Source: Candidatus Microgenomates bacterium (GTDB lineage: Bacteria; Patescibacteriota; Microgenomatia; UBA1406; HO2-37-13b). From it: a DNA stretch of 64,000 nt. The notes under the pieces were generated by a model, which did no database searches, was not told where the DNA came from, and saw only the letters and a list, made by a program, of their open reading frames with translations. A program made the position numbers and the translations under genes. Of this stretch, positions 37,279-45,402 are shown piece after piece (the first letter of the stretch is position 1; each line of letters starts with the position of its first letter). The DNA lies in NCBI GenBank assembly GCA_025449735.1, contig JANWIV010000001.1:12654-76653 (forward strand), written 5' to 3'.

Positions 37279-38208
37279 CTATTCCTTTTTGAAAGCCTTG
37301 ACAATCTGGTCAGTTAACCCCGAAGCTGAAAGTCCAAAAGTCTCTCGCAGATAATCATGATTGCCTAGTTCTTTAATGAACCGGTCATCAGTACCAATAA
37401 TAAGTAGACGGGGAGAGCCTACTACTTGAGATAAAACCTCAGCCACGGCCGAGCCAAATCCGCCAATACGATAATGCTCCTCGACGCTAACTGCAAGAGT
37501 CTTGCCGGCTGAAATGCGCTCAATCAATTTGGCATCAATTGGTTTAACGGTATGTACATCGACAACAGTTGGCATAATACCTTGCTTCTCAAGCAAGGGA
37601 ATGGCCTTGACCACCTCCGACAAAATTGGCCCGGTAGCAAAAATCACAATATTATCCCGTTTTGACTCAGAATAAATGTTGGCCTTACCGAAGGTGAAAC
37701 TAAAAGGCTTTTCATATACCGTCGGCTCGCTTTTTTTGCCGACTCGCACATAAACCGGCCCCTGGCGATTGAGCAGTGCCTCCATCCCGAGCACCGCTTC
37801 CATCTCGTCGCTCGGACTAAAGATATTCATATGAGGTAATGGCCGCATGATAGCAAAATCCTCCAAAGCAAAGTGAGTCGCCGATAAGACTCCATAAGAA
37901 AGACCCCCGCCAAGCCCAATTATCATCACATCCAAATTGTGATAGCAAATATCATTTCTTATTTGCTCATAACACCGCATAGTAACAAACGGAACAATTG
38001 AATAAACAAAGACTTTTTTACCTGATAATGCCAAGCCCGAGGCAACACCGATCATGTTTTGCTCAGCCACCCCCATGTTGATGACGCGTGTGGGAAATTC
38101 TTTTTGCAATTCCTCAAGAACGGAAAAACCAAGGTCTCCAGTTAAGAAGTAGGAATCCTTATTTTTCTTCATGTGATTATGCACTGCTTTGATTATTCCT
38201 GGTCTCAT
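37279..38208 (-). CDS. Split transketolase, C-terminal subunit, copy 2
   Basis: VINMGVAEQNMIGVASGLA and ATHFALEDFAIM. ATGA overlap with the N-terminal subunit gene. Confidence 0.8.
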   Translation of the reverse strand: MRPGIIKAVHNHMKKNKDSYFLTGDLGFSVLEELQKEFPTRVINMGVAEQNMIGVASGLALSGKKVFVYSIVPFVTMRCYEQIRNDICYHNLDVMIIGLGGGLSYGVLSATHFALEDFAIMRPLPHMNIFSPSDEMEAVLGMEALLNRQGPVYVRVGKKSEPTVYEKPFSFTFGKANIYSESKRDNIVIFATGPILSEVVKAIPLLEKQGIMPTVVDVHTVKPIDAKLIERISAGKTLAVSVEEHYRIGGFGSAVAEVLSQVVGSPRLLIIGTDDRFIKELGNHDYLRETFGLSASGLTDQIVKAFKKE

Positions 38209-39026
38209 GATTTTTTATTAAAACTACTCAATAATTCGGCTTTTTTTTCTTCACTGATTGAATAATAGTGAGATTCAAATTTGCCTTCAAAAAAAGGAAT
38301 GCCGCGACCTTTGATGGTTTTGGCAATAATAATATTTGGTTTATCTGACTGGCTATTTTGCGCCTCTGTCATGGCTTTTTTGAGTGATTGCAAATCATGA
38401 CCATCAGCCTCCTGTACTGCCCACCCGAATGATTCCAATTTTTCCTTAATTGGCTCAACAGAAATCACCTCTTCAGTTTTACCAAAACCCTGCAAGCCAT
38501 TTTTGTCAATTATGGCAATGACATTGTTTAGTTTATGCTGGCTAGCAAATAAAAATGCCTCCCAGTTGCTGCCCTCATCTAGCTCGCCATCAGACATCAA
38601 GACAAATACTTTATTTGGTCGTTTGTCTCTCTTAGCTGATAATGCCAAACCCAAGCCAACTGGCAAACCATGCCCAAGAGATCCAGTTGATAATTCCACC
38701 CCAGAGACCACTCTTGAGGCGTGCTCGGGCAAAAGACCACCATTAGTATCATATTGCGACAATAGCTTTTTATCAAAAAAACCACGCAAGGCAAGGGTCG
38801 CATAAAGAGAAGCGCCGGCATGACCTTTGGAAAGAATAAAGTAGTCACGGTTTATGTCTTCTGGATTCTTGGGGTCAATATTCATCACCTCAAAATAAAG
38901 CGCGGTTAAAATCTCGACAATCCCCAATGAACAACCAATATGATGCGACTCTAGGGGAACAAGCATTTTGATAATTTCGTAGCGGATTTGGTGTGCGATT
39001 GCATCAAGTTTATTATCTATTGCCAT
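38205..39026 (-). CDS. Split transketolase, N-terminal subunit, copy 2
   Basis: GHAGASLY, GSLGHGLP and MSDGELDEGSNWEAFLFA...NVIAIIDKNG. Confidence 0.8.
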   Translation of the reverse strand: MAIDNKLDAIAHQIRYEIIKMLVPLESHHIGCSLGIVEILTALYFEVMNIDPKNPEDINRDYFILSKGHAGASLYATLALRGFFDKKLLSQYDTNGGLLPEHASRVVSGVELSTGSLGHGLPVGLGLALSAKRDKRPNKVFVLMSDGELDEGSNWEAFLFASQHKLNNVIAIIDKNGLQGFGKTEEVISVEPIKEKLESFGWAVQEADGHDLQSLKKAMTEAQNSQSDKPNIIIAKTIKGRGIPFFEGKFESHYYSISEEKKAELLSSFNKKS

Positions 39027-39272
39027 AGGAAGTTTTTAAATTAGAGCATCATTGTATCATTCATCTGCAATTGTACTAAACTTTTCTTGTTTTTGTTATG
39101 CCCCTTCGCTTAATAATACCTAGCGTAGCTTTGAGTTTTATTATACATTTAAGTTTCTATAGTAGACTGATACCTATCCTGAAAGCTACGGGGGCATATA
39201 CCCATTTGTTGCAAACTCAAAGCAGAGTGGTATATAATCGTGCCAGTTCAGAAACGTTGGCGATTTTGGATC

Positions 39273-39332
39273 TGTCATCCTGAGTGAAATGAAGGATCTA
39301 ATGAGATTCTTCACCTTTGGCTCAGAATGACA
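39273..39332. repeat. TGTCAT-type double-hairpin repeat (family R1)
   Basis: tgtcatcctgagtgaaatgaaggatct aatg agattcttcacctttggctcagaatgaca. Confidence 0.8.
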
Positions 39333-39356
39333 AACTGTCAGTGAAAGTAAATTCAT

Positions 39357-40295
39357 ATGAAAAACGATAAAAAACTAATCTCATTTGTCTTTCCGGTCTA
39401 TAACGAAGCTGAAAATTTGCCTGAGCTTTTAAAACAATTAAAGGCATTATTTGATAAAGAGGCAAGCTACCTTTGGGAAGCCGTATTTGTTGAGCATGGT
39501 TCAATTGATGCTTCTTTTGAAATTCTGAATAAAGTAGCGACAAAAGACAATCGAATAAAAGTGTTAAGACTATCTCGCAACTTTGGGGCTGATGGGGGAG
39601 TGGCCGCGGGGATGAAATACGCCAATGGTGAAGCCCTTATAATCATGATGGCTGATCTACAAGAACCTTTTGAGATAGTCCCCAAATTTGTAAAACGTTG
39701 GGAAGAGGGTAATGAAATTGTCTACGGTGTCGTCAAAAAAAGAACGGCCAGCAAAGCGCGCAATTTTATGTCAAAGCTCTTTTATAGAATTATGAATCTT
39801 TTGACTGGGCACATATTCCCAGAAAATGCCAGTGACTTTCGCCTGATCGATCGCAAAGTCTATGCCGCCATCAATAGCATGCCAGAGCAAAATAAATATT
39901 TGCGGGGCTTGGTGGCCTGGACTGGTTTTAAAAGCGCTGGTGTTGAGTTTGACCGCAAAGCAAGATTTGCCGGGGAATCAAAAGCCGATTTTAAAACCGT
40001 TTTCAAAGTGGCAAGTAATGGCATCTTTTCTTTTTCTTATTTTCCACTTCGCTTAGTATCGATTACCGGAATTGGCCTGACATTTGTCTCCTTCCTATTA
40101 GGACTATTTTATTTGGGTCTATTTATCGTCCATGGTAGAGTAGCACCGGGCGCGGCGACGATCATCTTGATCATGCTTTTTCTTTTTGGGGTGTTATTTT
40201 TTATTCTTGGCATTATCAGCGAATACCTAGCGCGGATGTATGAAGAGGTCAAGGGCCGACCGACTCATATTGTCAAAGAGACTGTCAACTTATGA
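39357..40295 (+). CDS. Polyprenyl-phosphate sugar synthase, GT2 (GtrB/ArnC type, two C-terminal TM helices)
   Basis: ISFVFPVYNEAENL, MMADLQEPFE and two C-terminal helices. 312 aa. Confidence 0.75.
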   Translation: MKNDKKLISFVFPVYNEAENLPELLKQLKALFDKEASYLWEAVFVEHGSIDASFEILNKVATKDNRIKVLRLSRNFGADGGVAAGMKYANGEALIIMMADLQEPFEIVPKFVKRWEEGNEIVYGVVKKRTASKARNFMSKLFYRIMNLLTGHIFPENASDFRLIDRKVYAAINSMPEQNKYLRGLVAWTGFKSAGVEFDRKARFAGESKADFKTVFKVASNGIFSFSYFPLRLVSITGIGLTFVSFLLGLFYLGLFIVHGRVAPGAATIILIMLFLFGVLFFILGIISEYLARMYEEVKGRPTHIVKETVNL

Positions 40296-41218
40296 AAAAG
40301 CCCATTCTTTTTTTTGGAATAGTTTTCTTTTTTGCAATTCGTTCTGTTTTATATGCAGAGGTAAATCAAACTTTTACTTCTGATCAAATGACTGGAACAG
40401 CTGCTGCGGGAATATCATTAACTGCAACTAGCGCTGCTCTAACTTCTACCTTTTTAAGCATAACGCCGAATGGTCCAACTTTGACTGCGCGAGCAGGCTT
40501 AACTTTAACTATGGCCGTTAACTTAACAGCAACAGAAGCAAAAAGACAGAGCAACCTAACAACATCTCCACAAGCTCCACAGCCGACGGCGACTTCAGCT
40601 CCAGGTAGCTCAAGTGGATCATCTGATCCCGCGCCAACTGCATTACCCACTGTTGAAGGAGTACCAACGATTTCTTCTGATGAAGCCACTCTTTCTGGCA
40701 GCCCGACGCCGACACCTTCTCCTTCACCAACTCCAGCAGTCTTAGGCGAGCAAACTAAGGAGCTTGATCGATTTGACGTCACGGTAGTTGTTGTTGATAA
40801 GAAAAGTCATCCTATCAACAGAGTCAAAGTGACGCTTGGTGAAGGAGGGGAGGCAAAACGCACCAATGGTGACGGGAAATTAATTTTCACCGGTCTTAAG
40901 CGCGGCAAACATACCTTCTTCGCCTATTATAACGGAGAGATGAAAATTAAAATCGTCAAAGCCCAAGGCACCACCAAGGGAATCGAGACGACAATTGAAT
41001 TTGAAAGAGGCCATCCATTGTTAAAAACAATCATCAAACTTCTGCTCACTATTGCGCTGCTCGCATTCTTGCAAAAAAGAGGCTACTTCAAAAGGATTGA
41101 AGAAAGTCCAAGACTAGCACCAATTTTTGCTAAATTAAATAAACTCCTAAACAAACTGCCTTTAACTAAAATAAAAACACTCTTTGACAACCTTCTTTCT
41201 AAATTTAGTCGAAAATAA
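40292..41218 (+). CDS. Secreted/anchored protein with Thr/Ser/Pro-rich linker, beta-sandwich-like domain and C-terminal TM helix
   Basis: Signal-peptide-like MKKPILFFGIVFFFAIRSVLYA. A T/S/P/A-rich stretch of about 130 aa (PTPTPSPSPTP). VTVVVVDKKSHPINRVKVTLGEGGEAKRTNGDGKLIFTGL resembles carboxypeptidase-regulatory/Ig-like folds. Hydrophobic LLLTIALLAFL lies near the end. Confidence 0.6.
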   Translation: MKKPILFFGIVFFFAIRSVLYAEVNQTFTSDQMTGTAAAGISLTATSAALTSTFLSITPNGPTLTARAGLTLTMAVNLTATEAKRQSNLTTSPQAPQPTATSAPGSSSGSSDPAPTALPTVEGVPTISSDEATLSGSPTPTPSPSPTPAVLGEQTKELDRFDVTVVVVDKKSHPINRVKVTLGEGGEAKRTNGDGKLIFTGLKRGKHTFFAYYNGEMKIKIVKAQGTTKGIETTIEFERGHPLLKTIIKLLLTIALLAFLQKRGYFKRIEESPRLAPIFAKLNKLLNKLPLTKIKTLFDNLLSKFSRK

Positions 41219-41237
41219 CTTTAAACAAGCCTTTTGC

Positions 41238-41388
41238 ATACTTTTAACTTTTTTATGGCGGTGGAGGCAGCGTAGAAACTGTTTCAAAATGATGCCAGGA
41301 GACGGCCATTGCCCGAGGTGTTCCTCGCATGAATTTTGAAATTCAGTTTCTAGACCCGAAACATAGACACTAAAAAAGTTAAAAGTAT
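41238..41388. repeat. Nested inverted-repeat element (MITE-like or large stem-loop)
   Basis: Perfect 18-bp arms atacttttaactttttta (41238-41255) and taaaaaagttaaaagtat (41371-41388). Inner arms tagaaactgtttcaaaat (41273-41290) and attttgaaattcagtttcta (41333-41352). The core is GC-rich with a cgagg-tgtt-cctcg hairpin. Confidence 0.7.
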
Positions 41389-41463
41389 AATTTGACTTAG
41401 GATCATGTCGACAATGTGTGGCAGATACGGCTCCTTTTTGTTATACTCATCTCACTCTTTTTC

Positions 41464-42369
41464 ATGAAAAAACCGAGCAAACAAAAAACTAAAAAGTCTA
41501 AAAAAATCCCAGTCGGCATTATAGGTACTGGCAACATTGGTACTGATCTTTTGCTTAAAATCGGCCGTTCAAAAGTCTTGGAATGCAAAATGTTTGCTGG
41601 CGTCCGCGCCGACTCTGAAGGAATAAAAAGAGCCATAGAAATGGGGATCCCGACCTCTATTGAGTCTATTGAAGTTTTCAAAAAAAATAAGGGTCTGGTT
41701 GATATTGTTTTTGATGCCACCTCGGCGAGTGCGCACAAAATCCATGCCCCGATTTTAAAAAAACTCGGCATTTTCACCATTGATTTGACTCCGGCCAAAA
41801 TAGGACGCATGTGTGTGCCGCAAATAAACCTGCAGTCTTGCATGAATATCGATAATGTCAACATGATTACCTGCGGCGGTCAAGCGACGATTCCGATCAT
41901 TGCTGAAATTCTTAAAGTACACCCCAAGACAAAATATGTCGAGGTAGTCTCAAGCATTTCATCTAAATCGGCTGGCATGGCGACGCGCGACAACATTGAC
42001 GAATACACCCAAACTACCGCTGAGTCAATTCGCGAATTTTCCGGAATAAAATCAGCCAAAGCGATAATAATATTGAATCCCGCTGAGCCGCCAATCTTAA
42101 TGAATAACACTATTTATGCGCTGATTGAGAAGCCGGACCTTAAAAAATTAAAGCAGGGGATTAATCGGGTCGTTTCTGAGATTAAAAAGTATGTCCCCGG
42201 CTATGAAATTATTTTGGGACCAATTCATGAAAATAATCGACTAGTCGTCATGATGAGAGTCCGCGGTAGAGGAGATTTCTTGCCAGAATATGCGGGTAAC
42301 CTTGATATAATCAACGCGGCGGCAATTGTGACGGCTGAAGAATATGCGAAGAAAAAATTGCGTCATTAA
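41464..42369 (+). CDS. Acetaldehyde dehydrogenase (acylating), DmpF/MhpF-like
   Basis: VGIIGTGNIGTDLLLK and catalytic-Cys region NMITCGGQATIP. The start is moved to ATG 41464 (MKKPSKQ) because the longer track ORF adds a hydrophobic leader that is probably not translated. Confidence 0.8.
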   Translation: MKKPSKQKTKKSKKIPVGIIGTGNIGTDLLLKIGRSKVLECKMFAGVRADSEGIKRAIEMGIPTSIESIEVFKKNKGLVDIVFDATSASAHKIHAPILKKLGIFTIDLTPAKIGRMCVPQINLQSCMNIDNVNMITCGGQATIPIIAEILKVHPKTKYVEVVSSISSKSAGMATRDNIDEYTQTTAESIREFSGIKSAKAIIILNPAEPPILMNNTIYALIEKPDLKKLKQGINRVVSEIKKYVPGYEIILGPIHENNRLVVMMRVRGRGDFLPEYAGNLDIINAAAIVTAEEYAKKKLRH

Positions 42370-42373
42370 ATAA

Positions 42374-43423
42374 ATGAAAAATAAAGAAATTCTAATAATC
42401 GACTCCACCCTTCGAGATGGCAGTCATGCGGTGCATCACCAACTGACTGTCAAACAAGTGGCTGACTATAGCATGGCGGCAGAGAAAACTGGAATAAAGA
42501 TCCTAGTCGTCGGTCATGGTAATGGACTCGGCGCCTCTTCCCTTCATCTTGGCCAATCGGCTGTCGGGGATACCGAAATGCTAACTACTGCCAAAAAATA
42601 TCTTAAATCAACCAAGCTTTCAGCATTTCTAATTCCTGGATTTGGTACGATTAAAGACAATCTCAAACCGGCTCTTGACGCTGGAATTACCGCCTTGATG
42701 GTCGCCAGTCATTGCACCGAGGCCAATGTCACCCGTCAACATATTGAGTTTGCCGTCAAAAATAATCTTGAGACATATGGCATCCTTATGATGAGTCATA
42801 TGATTTCAGCGAGTGAGCTACTCACTCAAGCAAAACTAATGGAAAGCTATGGCGTGAACGGAGTCATCTTAATGGACTCGGCTGGCGCTTATTTGACGAG
42901 TGATGTCCGTCGAAAAATAAGCACTCTAGTCTCTGGTCTTAAAATTGGGGTTGGCTTTCATGCCCACAACAACTTGGGCCTTGCCATTGCCAATTCTGTG
43001 ACTGCAGTCGAAAACGGTGCTACCATTCTCGACACCACCTCACGTGGCTTTGGTGCGGGCGCTGGTAATTGCCAGATGGAAGTGGTGGTGGCGGTCCTGG
43101 AAAAAATGGGCTATCAGACTAATCTTGATTTATATCGATTGATGGATATTAGCGAGGAAATCGTCTCGCATTTCATGACACATTCTCAAGAAATAAATAA
43201 AATGACGCTCAGTAGTGGATTGGCGGGAGTTTTTTCTGGTTTTGCTCCACATGCTCAAAAGGCGGCCGAAAAATATGGTGTCGATGTTCGCGATATTTTT
43301 ATGGAGCTAGGCAAAAGAAGCATTGTCGCCGGACAAGAAGATGCTATAATAGACGTTGCCATGAACCTAAAACAGAAAAAGAGTAGCAGTGAAGAAAATT
43401 TTCAAATAGAATCCTTAACATGA
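42374..43423 (+). CDS. 4-hydroxy-2-oxovalerate aldolase, DmpG/MhpE-like (DRE-TIM metallolyase)
   Basis: IIDSTLRDGSHAVHHQ, VGHGNGLGASS and FHAHNNLGLAIANS motifs. Confidence 0.8.
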   Translation: MKNKEILIIDSTLRDGSHAVHHQLTVKQVADYSMAAEKTGIKILVVGHGNGLGASSLHLGQSAVGDTEMLTTAKKYLKSTKLSAFLIPGFGTIKDNLKPALDAGITALMVASHCTEANVTRQHIEFAVKNNLETYGILMMSHMISASELLTQAKLMESYGVNGVILMDSAGAYLTSDVRRKISTLVSGLKIGVGFHAHNNLGLAIANSVTAVENGATILDTTSRGFGAGAGNCQMEVVVAVLEKMGYQTNLDLYRLMDISEEIVSHFMTHSQEINKMTLSSGLAGVFSGFAPHAQKAAEKYGVDVRDIFMELGKRSIVAGQEDAIIDVAMNLKQKKSSSEENFQIESLT

Positions 43424-45201
43424 GAGTCAGCGATTACATCATCAAATATTTGAGTGAAAAAGGCGTCAACACTGTATTCATGGTTGCCGGTGGACAAGCA
43501 ATGTTTTTAAATGACGCGGTCTACAATTCAAAACGCATCACTCCAATATTTACCCACCACGAACAAGCCGCGGGTATGGCTGCCGAAGCATATGGTCGCA
43601 TCTCAGGTCGTCTTGGCGTCGCCATGGTGACAGCCGGACCGGGAGCGATTAATGCTCTTAATGGTGTTGCTGGTGCCTGGACTGACTCCTCTCCTATGCT
43701 GGTCTTGTCTGGTCAATCAGCTCTTTCTAACGTCAACTATATGAAGAAGACCAATATTCGCCAATACGGATTGCAAGGTATATATACCGAGCCGATGGCT
43801 AAGGCGATAACTAAATATTTTGTCACGGTTGAAGACCCCGCTAGCATTGCCTATCATCTAGAAAAAGCAATTTATTTAGCGACTACCGGCCGTGCCGGAC
43901 CAGTCTGGCTTGAGATTCCACTCGATGTCCAGCGAATGGAAGTGCCAAAAGCACTACTTAAGCATTTCGAGACACCAAGAACTAAAATAAATGGTGGCAC
44001 CAAAAACCAAGTCAAAAAAACCCTGTCTTTACTATATAAAAGCAAGCGACCCCTAATCATCGCCGGTCAAGGAATTCGCGTCAGTAATGCTCAGGAAACA
44101 TTTTCAAAATTAATAAATAAAATAAAGTCTCCAGTCGCTACCAGTCGACTCGGTATTGATCTAATTGAAACAGACAGTCCGCTTTTTGTTGGCCGTCCTG
44201 GTCTTTATGGAGACAGGTTTGCCAACCTTTCGGTGCAACTCGCTGATTTCATATTGGTAATTGGAGCCAGGCTTGACCCAGGAATAATTGGTTATGATGC
44301 GGCTGACTGGGGTAGAGGAGCGCAAAAGGTAATTGTTGATATTGATGAAAAAGAACTCAATAAACCCGGCATTCAAAATGCGACGCTCTTCTTGAATGAT
44401 GCCAAGGTTTTCTTAGATGAAATGGCTAAAGAACTAGACCTAAAAAAACTACCACAAACAAAAGAGTGGGTCGCGAGATGCAATAAATTGAAAAAGGCTT
44501 ATCCGACGGTATTGACCTCTTATAAAAAAGAGCATCCAGTAAACTCTTACTACCTTACCGATAGAATCTCCGCTGCTGCCAAACCGAGTGACGTCATTGT
44601 CGTTGATACCAGCTCCCCATTTCATGTCGTCTGCCAGGCTTGGAATATCAAAAAAGGCCAGCGCTTTATCACCACTGGTGGTATTTCGACCATGGGTTAT
44701 TGGCCAGCCGCTATTGGCGCTTGTCTAGCTAACAATCGAAAACGCACTATCTGCGTCACTGGTGATGGTTGCTTACAAATGAATATACAGGAGTTGGCTA
44801 CAGTGAAGCATAATAAACTGCCGATTAAACTTTTTATTGTCAACAATAATGGCTATTTACTTATCAGACACACCCAAAAAACTCATATGGAAGGACGACT
44901 CTTGGGAGAAAGTCCTAAGACCGGTCTTTGGTGCCCAGACTCAATCAAAATCGCTCAGGCCTATGGCATCAAATCAGTCAAGATTACGAGCACGAAAGAC
45001 ATTGATAAAAAAATCCGTATGGTCCTAGACTATAATGGACCTGTCATCTGTGATGTCGACTCTCCCCAATGGCAACTGATTATCCCCAGAATTTCATCTG
45101 AGAAAAAAGCCGATGGATCGATGGTCTCCAAACCATATGAAGACATGTTCCCATTTTTAGATCGGGATGAATATGAGAATATTATAAAAGTTGAAAAGTA
45201 A
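43420..45201 (+). CDS. Thiamine-diphosphate enzyme of the acetolactate-synthase large-subunit family (YerE-like candidate)
   Basis: 593 aa with a three-domain layout. HEQAAGMAAEAYGR and ThDP motif GDGCLQMNIQELATV...LFIVNNNGY. Confidence 0.75.
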   Translation: MRVSDYIIKYLSEKGVNTVFMVAGGQAMFLNDAVYNSKRITPIFTHHEQAAGMAAEAYGRISGRLGVAMVTAGPGAINALNGVAGAWTDSSPMLVLSGQSALSNVNYMKKTNIRQYGLQGIYTEPMAKAITKYFVTVEDPASIAYHLEKAIYLATTGRAGPVWLEIPLDVQRMEVPKALLKHFETPRTKINGGTKNQVKKTLSLLYKSKRPLIIAGQGIRVSNAQETFSKLINKIKSPVATSRLGIDLIETDSPLFVGRPGLYGDRFANLSVQLADFILVIGARLDPGIIGYDAADWGRGAQKVIVDIDEKELNKPGIQNATLFLNDAKVFLDEMAKELDLKKLPQTKEWVARCNKLKKAYPTVLTSYKKEHPVNSYYLTDRISAAAKPSDVIVVDTSSPFHVVCQAWNIKKGQRFITTGGISTMGYWPAAIGACLANNRKRTICVTGDGCLQMNIQELATVKHNKLPIKLFIVNNNGYLLIRHTQKTHMEGRLLGESPKTGLWCPDSIKIAQAYGIKSVKITSTKDIDKKIRMVLDYNGPVICDVDSPQWQLIIPRISSEKKADGSMVSKPYEDMFPFLDRDEYENIIKVEK

Positions 45202-45305
45202 TTAATATTGTACGGGTGCCAAGCCCGGAGGGACAACCCAACCGGTATGTGCGACGATTAAATAATTTTCTCGTCATCCTGATCTTGTTTCAAAATGCAG
45301 TATTT

Positions 45306-45380
45306 TGTCATTGCGAACCGACGGCACTCGGTGAAGCAATCTCTTGATTCTGAGATCGCCGCGCTTTGCTCGCGATGACA
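45306..45380. repeat. TGTCAT-type double-hairpin repeat (family R1)
   Basis: tgtcattgcgaacc...gaagcaatctc ttgattct gagatcgccgcgctttgctcgcgatgaca. A partial unit (cgtcatcctgatc) lies at 45272. Confidence 0.75.
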
Positions 45381-45402
45381 AGAAAGATAAGAGTAAGTTA
45401 TC

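Noticed and set aside
39098-39543. ORFs 39098-39283 and 39322-39543 in or near the divergent promoter region
   Set aside because: The first lies in an AT-rich intergenic region and ends in the palindromic repeat. The second is antisense to the GtrB-type GT2. Neither has a motif or a start context.
40384-40782. 132-aa and 70-aa antisense ORFs opposite the T/S/P-rich protein
   Set aside because: Locally elevated GC and a low-complexity coding region open the antisense frames. The sense ORF has a signal peptide and domain structure.
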